A DNA stretch of 55,495 nt, the filler included, from Sphacelaria rigidula (taxonomy: Eukaryota), in NCBI GenBank assembly GCA_964200075.2. It is 6 parts of 6 records of this genome, joined end to end, with 100 filler letters (N's around TTAATTAATTAA, not from the genome) between each part and the next. Parts side by side here need not be neighbours in the genome. Positions count along the whole stretch, not along the records: positions 1 to 9,167 come from CAXNAA020009143.1; positions 9,268 to 18,433 come from CAXNAA020009144.1; 4 more parts are not named here. One strand, given 5' to 3'. This document shows, in pieces, positions 1-10,050 of the stretch (the stretch's first letter is position 1; the number at the start of each line of letters is the position of its first letter). The notes under the pieces were generated by a model that was not told where the DNA came from, did not search any database, and saw nothing but the letters and a program-made list of their open reading frames with translations. The translations under genes were made by a program, and so were the position numbers.

Positions 1-149
1 TCATCAAACGAAATACCAAACTGTAATCAAGTGCGAAAGTGTTGAGAGTTGAGGGTGCCATGTGCGGCAGAACTAGCCAAAAGAAAACGGCTGAGATTGG
101 ATTCTCGCGGACAGTCAGTTTTGTGCCGCGTGGTGCCGCACAAGCTGTG

Positions 150-446
150 GCACAATTCCCGAGCTCAATACTCCGTCGTTTCGATGAAATTTTGACGTGA
201 TGTACAGGAATAATGTGCAAACATCCCTCTTGTTCCTCCCGTGTGTTGTTTTTCTTTTCTTCGTGAGTTATTGGCGACGGAACATTTCACAACAGTTTTT
301 CGGAACAAAATCGACAATAACTCACGCAGAAAAACAAGAACAAAAACATAGGAGGAAAGGCTCGGTATTCGCACACACGTCCTATGCATCGTGTCAAAAT
401 TTTATCGGAAACGATCCAAAATTGAGCGCAGGAAATGCGTTTGAAT
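150..446. mobile_element. Foldback MITE, copy 1 of a tandem pair
   Basis: Imperfect whole-length inverted repeat (GAGCTCAA..TCGATGAAATTTTGAC ... GTCAAAATTTTATCGG..TTGAGCGC). Aligns with 493-798. Confidence 0.7.
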
Positions 447-492
447 TATTCGTAGCTGGTCCACCTCCATATGCTATACCGTAGTGACCGCT

Positions 493-798
493 TGTTGACG
501 GAATGACGCATTTCCTGCGCTCAAGTGTGGATCGTTTTCGACGAAATTTTGACACGATGTACAGGACGTATTCGTGAACACCCCATCTTCCATCGCCTGT
601 TTTTTTTCTTTTTCTCCGTGAGTTATCGGTAAAGGAACATTTCAGAACAGTTTTTCTGGAACAAAATTGCCAACAACTCACGAAGAAAAAGAAAAAACAG
701 GGGATGGGAAGTGGGGCGTTCGCGCATATGTCCCGTACATCGTGTAAAAAGTTCATCGAAAACGATCCAAACTTGAGTGCAGGAATGGCATTTCAACA
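493..798. mobile_element. Foldback MITE, copy 2 of a tandem pair
   Basis: TGTTGA..GCATTTCCTGCGCTCAAGTGTGGATCGTTTTCG ... CGAAAACGATCCAAACTTGAGTGCAGGAATGGCATTTCAACA inverted arms. Confidence 0.75.
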
Positions 799-1284
799 TT
801 CCTGGTGGCTTCTTGGGCGGCCCAGCCTGTAGATTGCGTTCAAAAGTAGTACGCTGCAGACAGTATCAAGTCTATTGTATTGTCTATGGCAATATAGAGT
901 TGCTTTCATACTGTGTGAAGTACCCGTGGTACCGATGTTGCATAGTTTCCAAGCTATGGTATGTCGTAATTGACAACAAATTCGATACTGTACACAGTAC
1001 ACCTTTCCCGTGTGTTATCTGCTGTGAAAGAGTGTGCTATTTTGTTTCTCTTTTTTTTTCCCCACAATATCTGCAAAATCATTTTGATGTCAGCGCATGT
1101 TGTTTCATGGCGACACATGCTGATTTTTGTTTTGCATTTCTCTCGAGAACCAACTTCCCACCCCATATAATATTACTGCTTCTCTTGAAGTGTCCGCAAG
1201 CTGTCGTCTCGGGTACTATGCCTCCCGTTTCTCTACCTTCGGAATAGCCTTGAACACTGCTGCTACCTCTAGATGTTTCAGGGG

Positions 1285-1355
1285 GGGGGGCGTACTCATT
1301 TGTTGCTTGCCTTAGTCATTTGACCATTGACCACGCATCCCTTTCGAGACGGAGC
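1285..1355 (-). mobile_element. Poly(C)-tailed retroposon, 5'-truncated copy
   Basis: G-run + CGTACTCATTTGTTGCTTGCCTTAG...GAGACGGAGC, flanked by the 14-bp direct repeat AGATGTTTCAGGGG (1271-1284, 1356-1369). Confidence 0.85.
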
Positions 1356-1424
1356 AGATGTTTCAGGGGTGGGACAAATAAAATCGTGATTCGTTCCTCA
1401 TTCAGCGATTGTCGTCGCTGTGGT

Positions 1425-1522
1425 TGGTGTTGTTGTTGTTGTTGTCTTCACATTGAAAACCGTTCCGGTATCTGCGCGGGATATTCGTACTGGGCGTCTG
1501 ATGCGGACGCCTTCCGTGGTCA
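1425..1522 (-). mobile_element. Retroposon 3' end with (CAA)n tail and GGCGTCTG/CGGACGCC stem-loop
   Basis: (GTT)n, then GTCTT..ATCTGCGCGG..GGGCGTCTGATGCGGACGCC.TCCGTGGTCA. A second copy lies at 46018-46115. Confidence 0.6.
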
Positions 1523-2119
1523 GGCTAGCTACCTATAATAAGTTCTGACACTTTCTACGATAGTGCCCCCCCCCCCCCAGAACGTGCCTGGCTTTGGGAT
1601 GTAAAATCTTCACCTCAAATGAAATGGAAAAGGCCGGGCACCATGGGCAGCTAGGAATTCCTACGCTTGGGTTCGTTTTCGCCAGTGTTGCCCACATGAG
1701 GCGCTTCATGCATAGCCTGAACCCAAACATCAGGCGCTGTATGACCATTTTTTTCGTGACAATATCGGGCTGTGTTGGGGGGGGACTATCGTAGAAAGTG
1801 TCGTATGAGAAAAAAAAAAAAAAACAGAAAAAACTCACAAACGCGATACAAGCAAAAGTGGAATTAGTAATAATAATAGAAAAAGAGAACAAATAAGGTT
1901 AACCTCAAAAGATCCGGTGCCGGAGGTGGCCAATCGGACTTCAGAGGGAGGCACCCAACTTTCCAACTCGACGCGCGAGGCCAAGTAGAACTGAAGATAG
2001 GGTTCGACTACGGGCGAAAATCAAGGCCCAAAGACCACCAAAGCGATCGCAAAAATCAAGCACGCGATTTGTACATAAATTGTGATTTCTACATGTTTTT
2101 GGCTCGTGATTGGTGCGAC

Positions 2120-2620
2120 GGTACATGAAACGTACATATTCCCGCGTAGCGATTCATAGGTATAACTTCGAAGGTAAATGGTCCCTACCTTCCATTTGTA
2201 TGACATAAAAACACGCGTACATGTTTCCCACCACCTTTGATTCATGCAGCATCATGATTCATTCGTACATATTCCCCACCTTTCATCCATACGACATGAT
2301 TCGCTGATACGTTATTCTCCCCTTCCATTCGTGCAGCATGAACCATACGCACATCGTCCCAGCCTTGCATTCATACCAAGTGAGCCGAGAGTACCGTAAA
2401 TGTTTTCCACGTTCCATTCATGCAGCATGGATCATACGTACATGTTCCCCACTTTCTAGCCGTACGACGTTAATCGCGCGTACATATTTCCCATCTTTCC
2501 ATACATGCAGCATGGATCATACGTACTTGTTCCTCACTTTTTAGTCATGTGACGTGACTCGAGCGCACATGATCCAACGTTCCACTCATGCAGTATGTTT
2601 TTTACGTACATGTTTCCTTC
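2120..2620. repeat. Degenerate ~40-bp minisatellite (CGTACATGTTTCCC..TTCCATTCATGCAGCATGAATCAT-like); resumes at ~3620-3870
   Basis: Repeated CGTACAT/TTCCATTCATGCAGCATG motifs at ~40-bp spacing. Confidence 0.75.
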
Positions 2621-2626
2621 CTGAGA

Positions 2627-2975
2627 CGGGTGCCCCGGTGGCTCAGTTGGTAACCTCGAAACCTTCCAAGGTGGGTTGGATCCTCGATGAAGTCACACGA
2701 TGTGGGGTTTGTCTCAGGTCATGCTCAGCAGTGGAGAGCGACCATGTCGTCGGTACGCAAGGGTCGACCTCACGGTCGACGAGGGCAAAGGGACTGCTCA
2801 ACCCCTTTTGCGATAAAAAGCATGGCAAGCACCGCAGAATGAAGGTGGAGTACTTGAATAAAAATAAATGGTAGTAATCCCGGTGTTGACCTTTCCTCCT
2901 GTGTGACCCCGGCTGATACGCCCACATATACCGCAAGGTGTAGACTGGCGCCCAAAATTGATGGGATGGCAGCAC
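2627..2975 (+). mobile_element. tRNA-derived SINE, older degenerate copy
   Basis: A-box TGGCTCAGTTGG at the 5' end. Colinear similarity to 50690-51055 (CCTCCTGTGTGACCCCGGCT..ATATACCG..GTGTAGAC.GGCG..GATGGGA). Confidence 0.75.
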
Positions 2976-3162
2976 ATGAAACGGATACATCTGCCGTTTC
3001 ATGGGGCGCGACTCTTGGGTGGCGTGGCCTCCTTGCACGTGGGGTTTGCAAGTCAGAGCGTGCAGGCCGCGAACGCCTCCGGGGCCAAATCCACAATAAA
3101 CCCGATGTCAAGTGCTGTAACTCACACGTGGCACATGGAAGTAAACATGATACAGCGGGTAT

Positions 3163-3453
3163 GCTTTTGATAGCCTTTCTGTGGTTTCATGTTTTGTTCT
3201 GTGGTATAGTTGGCCTGAATATACTGTATTCAACGCTATGAAGACCTGCGATGACGGCACCGGCACTGGTGACTCTCGGAGGTTCGCGTGAGTTCCGCTG
3301 CAGTCCGCAGGCCATACCGTACAGCATAGCACAGCAGCGCTCGCATCTGCGTGCCCAGAGAAACTCTTCTAGCTTTTTATTCTCCCGAGCTAGGCTTTTG
3401 ATAACCTCTCTGTGGTTTCATGTTTTGCTCTGCGGTACAATTGGCCTGAATAT
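3163..3453. repeat. ~60-bp direct repeat pair (3163-3222, 3394-3453)
   Basis: GCTTTTGATA.CCT.TCTGTGGTTTCATGTTTTG.TCTG.GGTA..TTGGCCTGAATAT occurs twice. Confidence 0.8.
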
Positions 3454-4159
3454 GTCAAAGAGCCTGAAGCCAGCTACAAACAGCACCAGTACTGCAAGAG
3501 TCGTCCCCGCATGGTCGCATCACTCCGACAGCGCGCATTCTACAAGCAGCACGGTGCAGGACAGCACGGCACCGCACAGCACAGTATACAGCGGACAGCA
3601 GAGAACAGTGCGAGATGAATCAAGTGTACATGTTCTTTCACTTTCCATTCATACAGCATGAATCATGTGTACACGTTTTCTCATCTGCCAGCGGAACAGC
3701 ATGAATCAAGCGTACATGTTTTCCGTCCACCATTCGTGCGGGACGAATAAATGTGACATTTTCTACACCAGTGATTTGTACAAGAAATGAGCTTCGTATA
3801 CATTTTGCAGTCTTCATTCGTGACACTACTTGGAGTGTACACATTCCCAGTTCGTGAGTCGTGCGGTACGACCTTGATCGTACGATTTTACCGTCCGTGG
3901 TTCATACTGGATGACGCTGTGGCGCACGATTCGCACTCAACTTTCATGAGGATTCATCTCATATGTACTCCGACCCGTCGAACCCTTGAAGATTTCTCCT
4001 ATATACTCGTGTGTTCATCCGCTTCATCCACTATTTGGAAGAAGTAGGGTGCTGAGTAGCGGTGAAGATTGCTCGGTGCGTTCTTGAGCGAATTTTCGAT
4101 GTACCGGGACATAATCTCGTTTATTAAAATTAGTAGGCGAAGCTTGCAACAACAGACAT

Positions 4160-4725
4160 ACCTCCCACAGATGGGGGTGACTTGATGTGAAGTACGCGAT
4201 TATGGCTGAGCGTTCAAAATCGGCACCCAAGTAGGACTGAGGACCCTCAACAAAATTGGCGAAGGACTTGAGCATGGGATGCATCGTGTTTCACTGTACT
4301 GCACAAACACACTCACGCACTATCTTGTGTCGTAGTTGTCACTGTGTTGTGGTGTGCTTGCACCTTACAAGGACGGCTTGGCCTCCGCTGGGATTGCCTT
4401 CGCTGCGATATTGTCGTTGTGTTCGTCTCTGTAGAAACATAAGTTAGTCGGCACGCAGTGTTGTCTGCACACTGACTATTGAAAACTTCATGGTGCATTG
4501 GCTGTTTCCTCTTCCGTGAAACGATCAAGGCGCTGCCCTCTGCTGCGGCACTCTGTTTACTTTGTGCTATTCGTCGGGGCACTGTACTGTCTTGCGTTGG
4601 AAGATGTGAGTGTGGGCGTGACTGGCCGTGATACTTGACCGCACGCACACTAGGTTTTGGACTACTCTCCAAGCACTTTCAAGTCGAAAGGAGCAATCTA
4701 ATCGGTAGTTGCTATGTAAAACTAT
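4160..4725 (+). repeat. Unclassified interspersed repeat; other copies at ~25575-26025 and ~40262-40628
   Basis: Shared blocks ACCTCCCACAGATG, GAGCGTTCAAAATCGGCAC, TGTTTCAC..CAAACACACTCACGC, GTCGGCACGCAGTG and TTGACCGCACG.ACACTAGGTTTT on three separate contigs. Confidence 0.8.
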
Positions 4726-5003
4726 CCCACTAGCTTCTCAGTCCACCCGTTTTTACTTGTACAGAACACGGAAACGTTTAATTACATGTTTGCATGCATG
4801 GTTTCGATGCACTGTTTCCATTTTTTTGTTCCGAATTTGTTCACGACTTTTGTCCACGAAAACGTTGCCGTGAGTACACGGGCCATTCTCAAGAGCGGTC
4901 TGGTCCTGACTGTCGAACGGCTCTCGAGCTGTCTTCCCCTTTCATGCCGACAGGAGTCTTTCCAACGGCACGGCCGTGATTTTCTCCGTTCGTCCTCTCT
5001 GCA

Positions 5004-8000
5004 GATTCGTGCCAAACCGAGTAGTCGAGACCGCAGTGAATTGGTTCCGCGGGCCACAGCTACGGCACATTTACCGCATGTTTCCGGAAAAAAGTGATTG
5101 ATTGATTGAGTGATTGATCCATTCCTTCATTGATCCATTCATTTCGCACCTCGAGTGATTCCCGTGGGATCCAGCCGTGAATCGTCACTGGTGGTCACCC
5201 CCGCTCGCCTGATTGTTCGGTCGTCTGGTATTGACAACAGAAGTCAGTAAGTCCGAAGAGTGCTCGTGCTAGCGTGGCCGGCCTCTACAATGCAATGGTG
5301 ACCAGCTTCACGGCCTCTACCATACCCAGCGCCGGGCAGATATCGCTTGGCGTACATATCGGGAACCTTTTCAAGGTGTGGAGATTTTTTCTGATAATAC
5401 TGGTTTTTCATATGATGGTGGGTCTGTTGCAGAATCTATGTTCGTTGTCGCGTGGGCCAGTGACTGCTGTTGCAGTATCCGTTCCTGCGTTGTGTTACTT
5501 GTAGTAGTAGTAGTAGAAGTCGTAGTGTATTTGCGGGAACGCATGTGGAAAAATGTGTGTCATCTGCGCGCCACCTGCGCGCGCGGTCGTGTTTGGTTGT
5601 GTTCTCTGTCGTATGTTCGGCGTTCACACACTCTTCGATCGTCCCGTTGGTCACGTGTGTATGCGTGCCCATGTTCTTGCTCGTGTGGTCGTACAACGGC
5701 TGGCGTATACATCGAAAAATTATCGGGCAGACGCATATTCTGGACATGTTTGGATCGTTCTTGGATCCCATCGGCTACAGGCTGGACTTGAACAGCTACT
5801 TCGACAAGGACGATGTCCCGGTAAGAAAACAAAACACACATCAAGCCGCACCTCGAGAACGTACGGTGTAGGCACAGTGGACCTTAAGACGATGCTTAAT
5901 TTCCTCACACGGGTAGGGCGCTTGAGACCATTGCTATACTACGTGGAAATCGCCAGCGGTTCGCGGTGGTCTAGTACACACTGCAGTACGGTAGTAGACG
6001 TCATGACGATAACTTTTCGAGATCCAATTTGTTGTTTACGCCCTCGCGATCCCATAGTCACTCGATATGTGGGAGATACTCACAATGCACACCCTGGAAA
6101 ATAGACTACATCGTCAAAACGTGTACTGCGTACAGTGTCGACTATTGCGTATATTGCAATAGACGAAATATATCCATACTATACGCAGTACATTTTTTGA
6201 GATCGTAATCTATTTCCCAGGTTGTGTAACAACGTGCCAGCGAGTTCAGCATCGTTGTGCCACTGTAGCGGGACATCCCGGCGATGGTTCCTCGAAACTT
6301 GTGTTTCTACTTCCGTCCCCGAGGTGACTTCTGTGTACATCGAAATGCTCATCGTGAAGGGGTACCATCACTCCAACGCTGACATAAGCTCCGACCCTGC
6401 TCGTACCTCGGCAGTACATGGGCAAGGCGAACGCTATGGGGGGAACGGCGAACCTGTGGTTGAACCTGTTTTGCTACAGCACGGTTCTGGCGGTGTTCAG
6501 AGTACACCCTTCTGTCGCGCTCAAGGTGCCGCTAAAACAAAGCGCGGAAACTCACGCACAACAGGAGTGCTGATTCTGCGTTTCAGAATGTCTGTCAAGC
6601 TCCACCCTTTCAGTTTTTTTTCGTGTTTGGGTTGTTTGATTCATGTCAGCTTTGGTTGGATTTGCTGGGTTAGATTGTTGTTGTTCTCTTTTGTTTTCTT
6701 TTATTTATTTGAAATGTTTTTTTTTTTACATTTTGGGGTACGCCTTATTTGTTCATCGCGGAAACTCACGCACAACATGAGTGCTGATTCTGTGTTTCAG
6801 AATGTCTGTCAAGCTCCACCCTTTCAGTTTTTTTTTCGTGTTTGGGAAGTTGTTTGATTCACGTTAGCTTCGGTTGGATTTGCTGGGTTAGATTGCTGTT
6901 GTTTTCTTTTGTTTTCTTTTATTTATTTTTAAAGTTTTTTTTCAGCATTTTGGAGTACGCCTTATTTGGTTTGCTCGAGTTTTGGCCAGCGTGTGTCGTC
7001 CTTCATCATCCGCGGGGTACGTGTATGTTGTGATCACAGCTGCTCTTGTAGCGGATAACCTAACGCGCATCAACAAATCATACCGGTTCAATTCGCCGCC
7101 GCTCCTCCCCCCGCAACCATCGCAGCACTCGTGACGTCAATCGTGCTACGTCGGAATAGTCTCCTGCTTTCCAGAACGTAGTATCAGTCACAACAGAAAG
7201 AACGTGGTACTTGGCAGCAGTAGATCTCTCCTACGCTTGTCTTGAGTCTTCCGGTTGTCGTTTCCGCCTCAACCATCTTTGGATGTTCATTTTTTCATCT
7301 CAGGTGTCCATGATCTACTACGGAGCAAGGGTGGTGACGGATTACATCGTCATGGTACTCGAGCCTCTGCGCAAGTGAGCTATTTATTCATGGTTCCCTC
7401 TTTGACGGAAACGTTGCAAAACCTTTTGTCTCCGATCGATTCCCTCTGTACCGAGGATTACCATGCCAAGATCATTCTCTCCTCTTGTACTGTAGTAGTA
7501 GAGCAGCAGCCGACGTCTTGTGGCCAGTCACCCGGGAGAGCGATTTTTGAAATTTCGGTCGTCGATCTCTGAATACACGCGGCAGTTGTTACCCATAGCT
7601 TGTTCGACTTTTATGCTCGCGTTACGTGCCTCTGACTTGGCACCATGTGCCTTGTCGAGCGAATCGAACGGGGACTCCAAGGATAGTAGCGGTGGCTGAC
7701 AGCGGCGGTAGCAGCACTACTTTCGCCTCTTGCAGTAGTTGCATTTGCCCGCATGTGCTGCAAACCGTTGTGATGAGCGCGAGTTCCTCCGTCGTCGACC
7801 CAAAGTCGCACTGTGTACGCTGCACCTTTCTCTGTGCATGCGGAAGTTTTCGCTTCGATCGAAACCTCCGACGCCCCTTGAACTCAATCCAGAGCTCCAC
7901 GTGGCATGCCACGATATACGAGGAGCACTCTATTTTCATCCTCCACTATCCTCAACCGTACGCCATGCCCCGTCTGCGCTCTGTTGCAGTACTTGGTGCA

Positions 8001-8825
8001 AACGCTGGATGATGACAATGTAGTACATTGCCGAAACGTGTACTGCGTACAGTATGGAATCTGTCGTCTATTGCAATAGACGCAATAGTCGATACTGCAC
8101 GCAGTACTCTTCTTGAAAATGTAATCCATTGTCATCATCCAGGGTGTGAATTGGGGACGCGGTGATGCATGTAATCGTCCCGTCATCTCCCTCTTTGAGC
8201 GTAGGCTCGTACTGAGGGGTATCACGGATTTCACTCTCCGCATCGCCAGCAATTGCTCACGCCGCACTGGCAATGGCGGCGTTCTAGTTGCGTTGGGAGG
8301 GTTCGCACGGAGCAGAGGGCAAAAACAAACCCTTTGTCGATCTTTGCATGAAGGAGGCTTACGCTTGCGTGAACTATTGTTTCGACCGAATACTTTAGTA
8401 ACATGTTTACAGCGACACAACTATGAGAGGGAGCGACTGTCGCAGTAAAAGAGGAAATCGAGGGTTTGCTTTTGTCACCCGGGGAATATACTTCGCAACG
8501 TACGGTACATTCGATGACAGTTACTGTAATGTTCAACTGCCTTTCTCAAGTCGCTCTCTTGTTTCTCTGGCCCCCATGACACGTCAGTCTCTATGTCATG
8601 TACATGTCCTTGTTGCCAACTACGCAGAAAGTCGAAGATTATTGGTCTTTGAATGATATCGCAAGTTGTACATGTTGAATGTTTCGCTGCAAATTTTGTG
8701 TTCGGATTACTCGTCTCTCTGCCCGTGTAGACCATGCACCCTGACCGAAAGCACATCAAAGCTTATCCCTGCTCTAATGTTTGCTGCATTTCTCTCAAGG
8801 TGTGCCTTGGCTGTGGCCCGTAAGG
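5004..8825 (+). CDS. Putative multi-exon gene or pseudogene, possibly a membrane protein (candidate exons ~5004-5093, ~5241-5374, 5781-5820, ~6389-6525, ~7304-7374, ~8762-8825)
   Basis: Several GC-rich AG...GT-bounded segments with coding-like translations (e.g. LLVPRQYMGKANAMGGTANLWLNLFCYSTVLAVF, VSMIYYGARVVTDYIVMVLEPL). Phases could not be made fully consistent and no family was recognised. Confidence 0.3.
6088..6226. mobile_element. Small (~140 bp) palindromic MITE with CACACCCTGG termini
   Basis: CACACCCTGG...CCAGGTTGTG ends and internal GTACTGCGTA/TACGCAGTAC arms. Inverted copy at 7999-8148; degenerate copy at ~830-960. Confidence 0.75.
6542..6967. repeat. Tandem duplication of ~210 bp (6542-6749, 6757-6967)
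   Basis: GCGGAAACTCACGCACAACA...TTTTGG.GTACGCCTTATTT occurs twice at high identity. Confidence 0.9.
7999..8148. mobile_element. Small palindromic MITE, inverted copy of 6088-6226
   Basis: CAAACGCTGGATGATGACAATG ... CATTGTCATCATCCAGGGTGTG inverted ends. The core is the reverse complement of the 6116-6197 core. Confidence 0.75.
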
Positions 8826-9167
8826 TAAGGCAGATGGTGGTTGTTATGGTCGGAATTCCTTGCAAATGGTGCTTGACATAATGAAGTCGCAACCTGATTC
8901 CATTGCCGTGTCGGTCATGTTTCGTTTCATTTTATTTTTTCTTTGTGCACGGCCTCCTTACCGGTGACCATGCGGCACAGTCGTGACTATTGTGTTCCCT
9001 AGAGACCGGCTGTAGATTCTCAGTCTGCTGTTTTTCCTCTTTTTGTTTTTTTTATTCATTATTTTACTGTTCATTTTTTTCTCTCTTCCCCCCTTCTCTC
9101 CCTTCTTCTTTTTTTTTTTTTTTTTCTTTTCTTTTTTTGTTTCTTTTTTTGTCTGTTTGTCTTCCTT

Positions 9168-9267
9168 NNNNNNNNNNNNNNNNNNNNNNNNNNNNNNNNN
9201 NNNNNNNNNNNTTAATTAATTAANNNNNNNNNNNNNNNNNNNNNNNNNNNNNNNNNNNNNNNNNNNN
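9168..9267. other. Artificial contig linker (44 N + TTAATTAATTAA + 44 N); identical linkers at 18434-18533, 27700-27799, 36966-37065, 46231-46330
   Basis: Identical 100-bp spacers with a six-frame stop motif. The flanking segments are 9167, 9166, 9166, 9166, 9165 and 9165 bp, in descending size order. Confidence 0.98.
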
Positions 9268-9335
9268 TACTGTTTTGGGCTCGAACCTCATTTCATTGAT
9301 GAACCTCATTTTATAGAATCCTCTGTTCACTGCTG
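9268..9335. mobile_element. Terminal fragment related to the 48105-48537 MITE
   Basis: TCGAACCTCATTT...AGAATCC.CTGT...CTG resembles the right end of 48105-48537. Confidence 0.5.
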
Positions 9336-10050
9336 TATGTAAAACAAAGGTTGGGCAGAAGTACATTAGGCGCGGGGCTGGGGCGCTGGAACGTGTTTAG
9401 GAAGTGCCTAGCTCACGTTCGGCTCTGCAGCCCGAACCGGATAGGGCGATACCCGTTTTTGTTCCTGAAGGATACACCCTATTAAGTGTGTTCTCCATTT
9501 ATCAATCTAGATGTTATCGTAAACTCCGAGCTGCTCACGTTTATCTTCAAGTCAGATCCGAACGAGAAACCTCTCCACTTGGCCGGCCTGATTACTGCAC
9601 TCATAGCGGAAACAGCTTTCGAGAGATCTCCACGGGAGCTTCTCTCGTGCCTAGAATTCGTGACTTACTGTAAGGAGACAGCGAAGTAGGCGCCGGGGAT
9701 GCATTGAACCCCTAGCTTCAGGAAGTTCAAAACTTAGTCGCAGAGTTACACTGGGCACTACCCCCCAGATGGGAATCGAGAGAGCACAAAGGCGCTAAAG
9801 GAAGGTGACTGCAGTATACACTGTGAATTGTTTCCCTCCCAAACGTGTTTTCCTTGGGGTCTCATCCCGTGAACGAAGTTCAGTCGTGCAGTAGAAACTA
9901 TTTCACGAGTTTGTTTTATAAAAATATTTCAACTGTGCAGTAAGGAATCTTCACGTGTTCGTTGTCAACTCAAGGCAGCATTATTTGGACGTCGGACGCG
10001 ATCAAATAATCTCTGCGGGTACAATGTGCTGGCCCTGCTCCTCGAGCATT

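Noticed and set aside
1491-1527. Helitron 3' end (hairpin + CTAG)
   Set aside because: The second copy at 46081 lacks CTRR, and the simple-repeat tail on the other side favours a reverse-oriented retroposon end.
2120-2620. CRISPR-like array
   Set aside because: Units are degenerate tandem copies without unique spacers, no cas-like ORF is present, and the context is eukaryotic.
9212-9223. Regularly spaced TTAATTAATTAA motif as a biological periodic element
   Set aside because: Embedded in N runs; it is an assembly linker.
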